From: Acidobacteriota bacterium
GTDB taxonomy: Bacteria; Acidobacteriota; UBA890; WLXD01
Length of the DNA stretch: 64,000 bases
Assembly: GCA_963666215.2 (NCBI GenBank)
Contig: CAXWPL010000004.1
Location: 128,001 to 192,000 of the forward strand
Direction of reading: 5' to 3'
Under the pieces are notes generated by a model. The model was not told where the DNA came from. It did no database searches and saw only the letters and a program-made list of their open reading frames with translations. Below, one piece after another: positions 54,751 to 64,000 of the stretch; the stretch's first letter is position 1, and each line of letters opens with the position of its first letter. A program made the position numbers and the translations under genes.

Positions 54751-55937
54751 ACCTCGGACGCGACCGCCTCGCCCACCGCCTCGACGAGGTCCCCGTCTCG
54801 GGAATACGTCGCGTCGTGCAGGCGCTGACCGATTGGCAGTCCACGCACGACGAGGAGGCCATCCCTTTCCACCTGGGGATGCCCGACTTCGATACCCCTC
54901 GGCACATCAAGGCAGCCCTCACGAGCGCGCTCGACGCTGGCTTCGTCGGCTACACCGCCAGCCGCGGTATTCCGGAGTTGCGCCAGGCGATCGCCAACAA
55001 GCTGGCGCGCGACAACGACATGGAGGTCGATCCCACCAGTGAGATCGTCGTCACGTGCGGCGCCAACGAGGCGATCAGCGCCGCGATCACCGCGACGATC
55101 GACCCGGGAGACGAGGTGATCGTCCCCGACCCGGCGTGGCCCCACTACGTGTACTGCCTGCGGATGGCCGGCGCGGTGCCGGTCTACTGCAAGCTGTCGG
55201 AGGCCGACGGGTTCGCGATGTCTCCGGAAGCCGTCGCCGAGTGCTGGTCGGAGCGCACCCGAATGGTGATCCTCAACTCACCCCACAACCCGACCGGGGC
55301 GGTGATGTCACGGGCCCAGATCGAGGCCATCGCCACAATGGCCAAGGAGCGCGGCGCCTGGCTGTTGTCGGACGAGCCCTACGAATACATCCTGTTCGAC
55401 GACCAGCACGTCAGCCCGGCCTCGCTACCGGGGATGCACTCGACCGTGCTGACCGTGGGGTGCCTGTCCAAGACGTATGCCATGACCGGGTGGCGCCTGG
55501 GCTGGCTCTGTGGCCCGCCGGAAGTCGTTGATGCCGTGAACCGCGTTCATCTGTATACCGTCACCTGTGCCGTCTCGTTCGTGCAGAAGGCGGCGATCGC
55601 CGCCCTCGCCGAGAGTCAGCAATGCGTCACCGACATGGTCGCCGAGTACCGTCGCCGTCGCGACCTGGTCGTAGCCTTGTTGCAGGAGATCCCGGGGGTT
55701 GAAATCGCGGCGCCGGCCGGCGCGTTCTACGCCTTTCCCAACGTCAGCGCCTTCGGTCTGCCATCGGAGGATCTGGCGATGCGCCTGGTTCAGGAGTGCG
55801 GCGTCGGCGCCGTCCACGGAACCGCCTTTGGCGACGCCGGCGAGGGCTACCTTCGGCTGGCCTTCACCTGCTCGGAGCAACACATCCGCGAGGGCGTCAG
55901 CCGCATGCGAGCCCTGCTCGGTGGGCTCGACCACTGA
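54747..55937 (+). CDS. PLP-dependent class I/II aminotransferase (AspC-like)
   Basis: LGMPDF; NSPHNPTG; SDEPY; SKTYAMTGWRLG; GAFY. GTGA overlap start. Confidence 0.92.
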   Translation: MNLGRDRLAHRLDEVPVSGIRRVVQALTDWQSTHDEEAIPFHLGMPDFDTPRHIKAALTSALDAGFVGYTASRGIPELRQAIANKLARDNDMEVDPTSEIVVTCGANEAISAAITATIDPGDEVIVPDPAWPHYVYCLRMAGAVPVYCKLSEADGFAMSPEAVAECWSERTRMVILNSPHNPTGAVMSRAQIEAIATMAKERGAWLLSDEPYEYILFDDQHVSPASLPGMHSTVLTVGCLSKTYAMTGWRLGWLCGPPEVVDAVNRVHLYTVTCAVSFVQKAAIAALAESQQCVTDMVAEYRRRRDLVVALLQEIPGVEIAAPAGAFYAFPNVSAFGLPSEDLAMRLVQECGVGAVHGTAFGDAGEGYLRLAFTCSEQHIREGVSRMRALLGGLDH

Positions 55938-55947
55938 CCCTCTGCGC

Positions 55948-57537
55948 TCACTGCGGCGGGTTGCCGTGGCGCCGGCTCGGCAGCTCCACCTGCTTGTTCT
56001 CGAGCGCTGCCAGCGAACGTATCAACACCTGGCGGGTGTCTCGCGGATCGATGATGTCGTCAACGAAGTCGAACCGGTAGTTCTCTGCGAGCTTGAAGAT
56101 GTCGATGTAGGTCTCGCGATACTCGGCGCAGCGGGCCTCCAACACCTGCCGCTCCTCGGCGGAATCGGCCGCCGCCTTGACGTCCTTGGACCAGATCACC
56201 GCCGCTGCCGACTCCGGGCCCATGATCGAGATTTCCGCCGTCGGCCAGGCGAAGGAGAAATCAGCGCCCATCGTCTTGGATCCCATCACCACGTTGCCAC
56301 CGCCGTAGGAGCGACGCACGATCACCGAGATCTTGGGCACGGTGGCGCACGCGTATCCGTAGAGCAACTTGGCGCCGTGGCGCAAGATCCCCTTGTCTTC
56401 CCAGTCGCGGCCGACGACGAATCCGGGCGTGTCGACGAGCGTGACAATGGGGATGTTGAAGGCGCTGCAGAACGTCATCAGCCGCATGTACTTGTCGGAG
56501 CTGTCGTTCTCCATCACCCCGCCCATCTCCTCGGGGTTGTTGGCGATCAGCCCAACGCTGCGACCCCCGAGCCGGCACAGCCCGGTGATGATGTTCGGCG
56601 CGAACTCGTCCTTGAGCTCCAGAAAGCTATCCCTGTCGACGATGCAGTCGATGATCTCGTGCATGTCGTACGTCATCCGCGGCGAGTCCGGGAGAATCTC
56701 GAGAAGCGCTGCGTCCCTGCGATTCGACGGGTCCTGCGTGTCGACGACCGGAGGCGGCTCGCCGCTGTGCTGCGGCATGTACGAGAGCAGACGCTTGGCC
56801 TGTTCCAGAGCGTCATGGTCGTCGGCGGCGATGAGGTCGCACTGCCCGGCAGCCATGTTCGAGAATGCTGAGCCTACGATGGAATCGTCGATGTCTTCCC
56901 CAGTCGCCGCCTGGGTCAGCCGAGGGCCGCCGAGCCACATGTAGGCTGTGCGCTCGGTCATGATCAGGAAGTCGGAGAGCATCGGCGAGTAGCCCTGGCC
57001 CGCCGCGCATGGACCCATCAGAACCTGAATCTGCGGCACGACGCCTGAATAGACCGACTGATTGATGAAGATCTGATTGAACGGCCGGCTCAAAGCACTG
57101 CCCTCGTGCAATCGGGCTCCGGCTGAGTCGAGCATGCCCACCACCGGCACGCGCAGCTTCCCGGCCAAACCGACAATCGCGGCGATCTTGGCGGCGTGAC
57201 TCTCACCGGCGCTGCCGGCGAGAATCGTGAAATCGGTGCAATAGCAGCAGACCTGACGACCAGCGACGTCGCCGTAGCCGGTGATCACGCCGTCGGCAGG
57301 CGTGTGTCGCTCCCGCATGCCGAAATCGACGTTCTGGGAGCGCACGAGTCCCCCCAGCTCGACGAAGGTCCCTGCATCGTAGAAGGCCTCGATGCGCTCG
57401 CGCGCGGTGGCCTTGCCACGATCGTGCTGCTTGGCCACCGCCTTTTCGCCGCCCATGCCGGACTGCTCTGCCTTGCGCTCGCGGAGCTTCTGAAGCAGAC
57501 GGTCCATGGGCCTCGCTTTGTCGTCGATCGAGCTCAT
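55948..57537 (-). CDS. Acyl-CoA carboxylase carboxyltransferase subunit (PccB-like)
   Basis: GKATARERI; DFTILAGS; DSAGARLHEG; SGVVPQI; VDTPGF; RHGAKL; DDIIDPRDTR. Confidence 0.93.
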   Translation of the reverse strand: MSSIDDKARPMDRLLQKLRERKAEQSGMGGEKAVAKQHDRGKATARERIEAFYDAGTFVELGGLVRSQNVDFGMRERHTPADGVITGYGDVAGRQVCCYCTDFTILAGSAGESHAAKIAAIVGLAGKLRVPVVGMLDSAGARLHEGSALSRPFNQIFINQSVYSGVVPQIQVLMGPCAAGQGYSPMLSDFLIMTERTAYMWLGGPRLTQAATGEDIDDSIVGSAFSNMAAGQCDLIAADDHDALEQAKRLLSYMPQHSGEPPPVVDTQDPSNRRDAALLEILPDSPRMTYDMHEIIDCIVDRDSFLELKDEFAPNIITGLCRLGGRSVGLIANNPEEMGGVMENDSSDKYMRLMTFCSAFNIPIVTLVDTPGFVVGRDWEDKGILRHGAKLLYGYACATVPKISVIVRRSYGGGNVVMGSKTMGADFSFAWPTAEISIMGPESAAAVIWSKDVKAAADSAEERQVLEARCAEYRETYIDIFKLAENYRFDFVDDIIDPRDTRQVLIRSLAALENKQVELPSRRHGNPPQ

Positions 57538-57630
57538 GGTGGTCCTCGCCGGTTCGCGGATCGCGCCGGTTTCGATATGGCGATCAGTCTGACGTCCCTC
57601 GTCCGCGGCGCCGCTCGGCTTCCACCCGAC

Positions 57631-57954
57631 TCAGTCGTCGATGCTCAGCACGAGGCGCAGCAGATTGGGGCCGTAGGCCTTGCCAGTTTGGTCCATCATC
57701 AAGGTCTGAGTGGCGCCACCGCCCAGGGCCTGCGTCATGACGAACTCGAGCGACTCGAGATTGTCCATGGGGTAGCAGGTTACCTCGCCCTTGACGATTC
57801 CCCTGAAATGCTCGCGGACCACCGCGGCCGTGAGGTGCTTCTTCAGGAGCGCATAGCACTCCGAGTCCTTGGCCATCACACCGATGTTGATGACGTCACC
57901 CTTGTCGCCCGAGCGTGCGTAGGCGATTTCACGCAGCTGAACCGTACGAGCCAT
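57631..57954 (-). CDS. AtuA-related small protein (stand-alone AtuA C-terminal domain)
   Basis: MARTVQLREIAYARSGDKGDVINIGV..ALGGG..DQTGKAY. The start overlaps the atuA-like stop. Confidence 0.85.
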   Translation of the reverse strand: MARTVQLREIAYARSGDKGDVINIGVMAKDSECYALLKKHLTAAVVREHFRGIVKGEVTCYPMDNLESLEFVMTQALGGGATQTLMMDQTGKAYGPNLLRLVLSIDD

Positions 57955-59321
57955 CACGCCACCTCCGTGATCTCTACCCGCTGCGGCACGAGCTCGCGGG
58001 GAATCAACGTTGGCCACAGGGTCACAATCTCTCGCGGCGGTGGCGGCATGATCACCGCCGTCATGCCGAGAGGACCGTGGGTCCACAGGTGGGTCACTTC
58101 GCGCCGCACGAGGTTCGCGTTCTCCTTGCTGTCGGTGCGCACCGCCAGGCGCACGCGGATCTCGTTCACGTCCTCCAGATCGGCCGGCATCTTCGAAAGC
58201 GACCCGTGGATCGAGTTCAGCCCGATGTAGTCGAAGCGGATCTCCCGGATCGGGAGACCGATCTCGCGGAAGCGACCTCTGAGGAAGCTCTCGCAGAACT
58301 GGGCCTTCTCGTAGGCGTCGGGCCAGCAGGCGGTGATCTCGGACTGCCCTACCCAGCCGTCCCGGTAGCCGATCGTGAGCTTCAGCATGTCGGGCTTGGG
58401 CTTGCCGCGAAAGCCGGTGACCTTGACTCGGTCCTTGCCAACGGTCTCCAGCTTGATTCCGGTCAGGTCGCTGATGCCATCGGCCATGATGTAGTTGGCA
58501 GGATCGTGAACCTCGTAGACCAGGTGCTCCTTGACGGTCCATTCGGTGACCATCCGCCCACTGCCCTCGGCCTTGGTGATGATCGCGTCACCGTTCTCGT
58601 AGACCTCGGCGATGGGGAAGGCCACCCGCCACGGCTCCTCGATCTCCTTCCAGAAGTTCGACATACCTCCGGCGCAGCCCGACGAGCACTCGATGATGTG
58701 CCCGATCGCGATGGCCGCGCCCATCAGATCCGGGTCGTCGAGCGACCAGCCGAGCTCCTGGACCATCGGCGCCAGATGAGCCGAGCTGTCGGTGGCGCGC
58801 CCGGTGATGACGAGGTCCGCGCCCGCAGCCAGCGCCTCCACCTGGCCCTCAGCACCGATGTAGACATTCGCCTGCAAGATGTCGGCGGCGATACGATCGA
58901 TGTTCTCCTCGCCGGTCTCCATATTGGCGAACTGCAGGCCCTGATCCCGGAAATCCTGCAGGCGATCGAGAACGTCGTCACCGAGGACCGTGGCGATCTT
59001 CATGCCCTCGAGGCCCAGCCGCTTCGCCAGGCCCGTCGCCGCCTTCCCGGCCGCCTCGACGTTGGCGCCCCCGGCGTTGGTACACATGCGGATGCCGGCC
59101 GGTTGCGTAATCGGGAGCAGCCGCTCCATCCAAGGGATCAGGTCCGGTATGTAGCCGTACTCGGGCCGCTTCGCCTTGATCTTGTTGAGGATCGACATCG
59201 TCAGCTCGGCCAGGTGGTCGAACCCGAGGTACTGGACGTTTCCCTTCTCGACGAGCTCCACCGCCGGGTCGAGCATGTCGCCCCACGAGGCGGAGCCACA
59301 GCCGATGCGAACTTTCTTCAT
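57954..59321 (-). CDS. Acyclic terpene utilization AtuA-family protein (DUF1446)
   Basis: VRIGCGSASWGD; LAELTM; NAGGAN; ANVYIGA; VITGRATD; GHIIEC; EHLVYEVHDP..Y. Confidence 0.9.
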   Translation of the reverse strand: MKKVRIGCGSASWGDMLDPAVELVEKGNVQYLGFDHLAELTMSILNKIKAKRPEYGYIPDLIPWMERLLPITQPAGIRMCTNAGGANVEAAGKAATGLAKRLGLEGMKIATVLGDDVLDRLQDFRDQGLQFANMETGEENIDRIAADILQANVYIGAEGQVEALAAGADLVITGRATDSSAHLAPMVQELGWSLDDPDLMGAAIAIGHIIECSSGCAGGMSNFWKEIEEPWRVAFPIAEVYENGDAIITKAEGSGRMVTEWTVKEHLVYEVHDPANYIMADGISDLTGIKLETVGKDRVKVTGFRGKPKPDMLKLTIGYRDGWVGQSEITACWPDAYEKAQFCESFLRGRFREIGLPIREIRFDYIGLNSIHGSLSKMPADLEDVNEIRVRLAVRTDSKENANLVRREVTHLWTHGPLGMTAVIMPPPPREIVTLWPTLIPRELVPQRVEITEVA

Positions 59322-59372
59322 AGCGTGAATCTCCTGAAAAGACCGAGGCGTCAGCTTCGGGTTGGGACGCCA

Positions 59373-59392
59373 ATTATACTGATTGGACAGTA
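59373..59392 (-). promoter_or_regulatory. -10 box TATAAT abutting the palindrome TACTGATTGGACAGTA (59377-59392)
   Basis: Upstream of the atuA-like operon; 13/16 to the consensus. Confidence 0.55.
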
Positions 59393-59608
59393 GAATGCAC
59401 TACGCTAACGCCCCGCTCGCTCTCGAGGAGGCCGGGATTCCAGACGGTAGAACTTCTTGCGCCGCCCCCCAGAACTGTATTGGGACCAGGGTGGGCGTCC
59501 CCGGCAGCGCGATAATCAAAGCATCCGATGCCCCGAGACGTCAAATGGGGCCGCAGAAAGAGTCCGCGATTGTCGGACGTTGACCTCCATAGACCGCGCC
59601 CCGCGGAT

Positions 59609-60563
59609 TCATTCAACGAGCGGGTTCGGCCCGCGAACATGCGCCTGTACCGCCTCGATCACGGGTCGCAAGCGGACCGGCCACCCACGAGGTGTTTCCG
59701 GCGTCTGGCGGATCCGCGCCGAGACTATCGCCAACACGATTCCCGACTCGCTATCCCACGCCAGGTAGTCGCCAGTAACCTCGGGCCTACCGGGCCCGGT
59801 TCCGAGTGCTGTCGCCCAGGTCGGCGCCGCTGCCGGCCACAGGTCAGCGTCGGTATTCGTCCAGGTCATGTACCCGTAGGGGCTCTCGGCAAAATCATCC
59901 ACGCGCAGCTCGGTGGGACCATCGTTGGCGTTGTCGAAGTTCGGGATCACGCCATACGTTTGCTTGGTGGCCATCGCCGCGGCGAAGCCCTCGGCGAGGA
60001 GCCTCCGGTCGCGCCACACACCGTCGTTGATCATCAACAGGCCAAAGCGCCCCGGATCCTCGAGATCGAGCGACAGGGCCACGCCGTCGGCCCCGATGCT
60101 GGTGCTCCAGCCGGTTGCACCCATGCCGTTCATGAACGATTTCTGCAGGACCCGCTCGTAGTCTTGTCGATAGTCGGCGAGGCCCCAAACCCGCGCCAGT
60201 GCCAAGCACAGGGCATGAGCGTTGGCGTCGGAGTACGCCCACAGCGTGCCCGGCTTCAGCTGCGGCTCGTCGAACGCGGTCGTCTGCGTCAACACATGGC
60301 GCCAGGTGGCTTCGGCATTGTTGCCCGAAAGCTCGGGAATCCACCTGCGCAGGGGCTCGTCCAGGCTCGCGATTCGGCCCTGGTGCAGCGCCGCACCGAC
60401 CGTGGCCGCATGGAAGGTCTTGCGCACCGATCGCACCATGGTTCGATCGGTGAACGAGCCGTTCACGTGTGCTCCGCTCCTCAGAGCAGCCCGTCATCCC
60501 GATGCCGATCAGCACCAGGATCAGCGCCGGCCGGGTCAGCGCAGGAGCAGGGGCAGATCTCAT
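59609..60563 (-). pseudogene. Serine hydrolase / beta-lactamase-family lipoprotein, frameshifted (probably also deleted) near 60470
   Basis: The lipoprotein signal (ILVLIGIGMTGC) is in one frame; SVRK (SxxK), ATWRHVLTQT, PGTLWAYSD and GRFGLL are in another. Confidence 0.65.
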
Positions 60564-60574
60564 TCGGGTGAGCT

Positions 60575-63500
60575 CTACTGCTCCCTGTCGCGAGCCGTGC
60601 GGCGCTCGAAAGCTGGCCGACCCGGAAAGCTCATGGGGCTGCCTTCCAGAATACCGAGTGCCTCCTGGATAGCGGCCTCGAGCTGCGGATCAACTCCGCG
60701 AGCGAGCTGCGCCGGGTCGTCGACAACCAGCAGGTCGGGCTCAACCCCATGGCCCTCCGCGAACCACTCGCCGTCGGGGCCATAGATACGACCGGGCGGC
60801 GCTGTGTAACGGCCGCCGTCGATCGTCTGGTGACCTACTGCCGGTCCGATCAAGCCGCCCCAGGTGCGCTCACCGATGATCGGGCCAACACCAAGTGTCT
60901 TGAAGAAGTAGGGAAATGCGTCTCCTCCGGAGCCGGCCCAGCCGTTGATCAGCATGACCTTGGCTCCGAAGAGGCCGACGTTGGGCTGGTTGACGATGTC
61001 GCCGGAGCGGAAATAGATGCGATTCACGAGGTTGCGGTTGAACGTCTCGATGAAGCGATCGGGAAGCTGCCCGCCGGCATTGAAGCGCTCATCGACGATG
61101 AGCCCTTCCTTGCGCACCTGCGAGGTGAGCTGGCGCACCAGCTCCGTTTGCCCCGGCACGCCCGTGTTGGGGACGAACACGTAGCCCACCCGACCGCCAC
61201 TGGCTTCGTCAACGCGGCGTCGGTTGGCCTCGATCCATTCGAGGTGGCGCAGCCGCGCGTCGCTCGTCAGGGTGCGAACGATCACCTCACGTGCGCCGTC
61301 TGTTGTGGGTCTGTCGTTCACCGTCAGCGCAACGGTTTCGCCAGCGAGCCCCTCGAAGGCGGCGTGAGGAGATACCGAGGTGTCCATCGGCCGGCCGTTG
61401 ACGGCGAGCACGTATTCGCCGGCCGAGACCTTTATGCCGGGCTCGCGCAAAGCCGATCGTGTCTCGATGTCCCATGGCGCGCCCCGAACGACGCGACCGA
61501 TGCGGTAGGCGCCGCCGTCCGCGCGGTCGAGCTCCCAGTCGACGCCCAGCAAGCCCACCGGACGGCTCGCCGCCGATTCGGTATCGCCGCCGCCGACGTA
61601 GGTATGCGACGCGTTGACCTCACCGATGAGCTCGCCGAGTAGGAAATTGACGTCCCAGCGCGTGACCGCGTGCTCAACCAGCGTGCCGTAGAGCTCGCGC
61701 ATGGCCTCCCAGTCGACGCCGTGCATGGACGGGTCGTAGAAGAAGTCGCGATAGGCCCGCCAGATGTCGTTGAAGATCTGCCGCCACTCCGCCAGAGGTT
61801 CGAGCGTGGTCTGCAGATCGTCGGTCGAGATCGCGTCGCCGAGCTCCTGCCGAGGACGCGCATCGACAATGAAGTAACCGCCCCGCCGCGCCACCAGCAT
61901 CTTGCTGCCCTTGGCCACCAGCTCGAAGCCACTGGCGTCGTCGCTGGCGTCTGCCTCTTCATCAGCCTCGTCATCGGCCTCCTCCTCGCTCTCTTCCTCG
62001 TCGTTGTGCGGTAACAGTAGCGACGCCACGTCGGCACGAAGCGGCGCAGCGACCACGCCGGTGGAGTTGGGATAGACCCAGGTGGCGTCGAAATCGGAGT
62101 AGACCGCCTGCAGGCTTCTGTTCGACAGGTAGTAGAGATAGTCGCCGTCGGGGTCGAAGACCGGCGACGAGTCGCTGTAGTAACCGGAGGTCGCCTGATG
62201 CAGCTCGGCACTCTCGGTGTCGTACAGGAATACCGCGCTGAGCTGAGTGTCGAGCGACTTCGAGTACGCCAGCCAGCGCGAATCGGACGACCAGCTCACC
62301 TCGAAGCCGGCGAGCGCCGGATGCAGCATGTAGGGGATGTGATCGACGTCGGTCAACGCTCCAGACTCCACGTCGACGAGCCTGAGGCTTCCAGCGTTGT
62401 CGACGAAGGCAATCGTCTCGCTGTCGGGCGACCTACATGGGGCGATAGCGATAGCCCTCGCCGAGCGACGTCAGCACTCGCTCCACTCCGCCTCCCGCTG
62501 GCCGCAGAGTGAGCTCATACTCGAAACTGCGATTGCTCCAGTAGGCCACCCAGCGGCCATCGGGCGACCACGCGGGATAGCGCTCGGCGACGCCGGAGCT
62601 ACCCGTCAGGTTGCGCGTGATGCCGTTCTCGGCCGGAACGGTGTACACATCGCCTCGCGCCTCGAACAGAACTCGGGCGCCGCTAGGCGAGATTCCGGCG
62701 CCCTGGATGTTGCCGGCAACGTCGACGGTACGCGGACGGAGAGTGGCGCGATCGCTGACGAGCTGAACAGGAACCGGCGTCACGGCCTCCGACTGAAGAT
62801 CGAGCAGCTGCAGCTCGCCGCCGGCCTGAAAAACAATCTCCTTGGGGCCGATCGCGGCGTGCGCGATGTCGTACTCGGCAAAGCGCGTCACCTGGCGCAT
62901 GTCGCCGCTGTCGACGCCGTAGGCCCAGATGTTGAGCCGCTGGTTGGGGCCACGGTCGGCGGCGAAGTAGATCGTGTTGCCGTAGAACATCGGCTGCATC
63001 TCGTTGGCGTCGCTATCGCTGATGTTGCGCGCCTCGAGCGTCGTCAGGTTGAAGAGCCAGATGTCGGGAGCCATGCCGCCGCGGTAACGCTTCCAGGTGC
63101 GCGAGCTGCGATCCTTGGGCGTGTAGGCGATCCACTCGCCGTAGGGCACCGGCAGCCGCTCCGGCAGGCCACCGTCGGCGCTGATCGTCCAGAGCTGGTT
63201 GTAGCGCTGCACACCACTGGTACGCGACGACGCGAACAGAATCCTGCCGTCAGGCGTCCACTCCACCATACGATCGGCGCCTGGGTGGAAGGTGACGCGC
63301 TGCACCGAGCCTCCGGTAGCCGGAACCACATAAACGTCGGTGTTGCCGTCGTAATTACCGGAAAACGCGATCCGGCTGCCATCGGGCGAGAACCGTGGAT
63401 AGCTCTCTTCGCCGGCCGGCGAGCTCAGCCGCCGCGCCACGCCACCACTCTTGTCCATCACCCAAACGTCACCTCCATAGACGAAGGCGATGTGGGTGTC

Positions 63501-63614
63501 GGACACGTCTGGATAACGCAGCATGCGAGCGTCCACCTGGGCCGAGACTGGCAGGGCGGCGGCTACCGAGACAACCAGAACAACAAGGGCAGTGATGCTG
63601 GCTCGCGATCTCAT
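60575..63614 (-). pseudogene. Tricorn-like S41 peptidase, split by a 1-bp insertion at about 62434
   Basis: LRYPDVS..PRFSPDG..WKRYRGG in the N-part; EWRQIF..FYDPSMHGVDW, DERFNAGG, GSGGD, RTWGG and DPQLE in the C-part. CCCATG-TAGG-TCGCCC would read PM-W-SPDS without the extra A. Confidence 0.85.
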
Positions 63615-63875
63615 GACACTCCGGTGGCTCAAGCGGGGATCTTGGCTCGAAACCCCGACTGTACACAGTCGCTGGCCGCCGGTGGGGCAAGCGCTGGCTG
63701 GGGGCGGTCCAGTGGCGGCGACCCCGCAGGAGCCGACACTGCCGTAACGTCTCGAACCGGGCCACGCTGACTGCTGACGACACGACCGTACCGCCCGCGA
63801 GCAGGAGCGAAGAGCCAGTGCCGCGAGCCGTGCCGGGTTGCCAAAGCTGGTTGTCTATTTGTCCGTTTCCGGACC

Positions 63876-63904
63876 TTGCAATGCTTACCCCCTAAGCATA
63901 TCTT
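63876..63904 (+). promoter_or_regulatory. Promoter TTGCAA-17-TATCTT containing the inverted repeat ATGCTTA-CCCCC-TAAGCAT
   Basis: Perfect 7-bp inverted repeat at 63881-63899. Confidence 0.55.
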
Positions 63905-63911
63905 TTGAGCT

Positions 63912-64000
63912 ATGAGAATGCCTGCAGACATCCGCGAGCAGTTCCGCCGCTACGGTCGAGCCGGCGGCGAAAAACGGGCAGCCCGCATGAGCCCGGAGGC
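63912..64000 (+). CDS. Hypothetical protein, 5' fragment (MRMPADIREQFRRYGRAGGEKRAARMSPE...)
   Basis: ATG 7 nt after the putative -10; the frame is open to the window end. Confidence 0.5.
   Translation, partial: MRMPADIREQFRRYGRAGGEKRAARMSPE

Noticed and set aside
59400-59600. Possible ncRNA or tRNA in the larger intergenic gaps (also 63640-63870 and 25430-25600)
   Set aside because: No cloverleaf, riboswitch consensus or repeat-spacer pattern is recognisable by eye; an Rfam scan would be needed.

Overview
This is a high-GC (roughly two-thirds by eye) bacterial chromosomal segment. The Oar/carboxypeptidase-regulatory-domain TonB receptors, a Vps10/BNR propeller and PQQ propellers suggest an Acidobacteriota-like Gram-negative organism (inference). 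I see no rRNA, tRNA, CRISPR or transposase. The window looks like one large nutrient-scavenging and catabolic island with two parts. The exported part has seven DUF885-type proteins (five in a tandem array at 32.0-41.3 kb), three TonB-dependent receptor genes, an S9 peptidase, two PQQ-type dehydrogenases, a small multiheme cytochrome and a Vps10/BNR protein. The cytoplasmic part has three luciferase-like (LLM) oxidoreductases plus F420:NADPH reductase, thiolase, enoyl-CoA hydratase, an OYE-family flavoenzyme, an HpcH aldolase, 2-oxoacid dehydrogenase E1/E2, a dispersed biotin-dependent carboxylase, split AtuA, SDRs, an aminotransferase and a TetR regulator. Four observations stand out. (1) Six DUF885 paralogs keep HExxPGHH but all replace the downstream EGW motif with NQ(A/S)W, while the seventh keeps EGW and has lost the HE glutamate. 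(2) The tandem paralogs are mosaics of each other. (3) A TACTGACCGGTCAGTA-like palindrome recurs in most promoters across about 54 kb, suggesting a single TetR regulon. (4) A near-identical duplication of the TBDR+S9 unit carries a 1523-bp deletion in one copy. Several frameshifts and deletions may be assembly errors.
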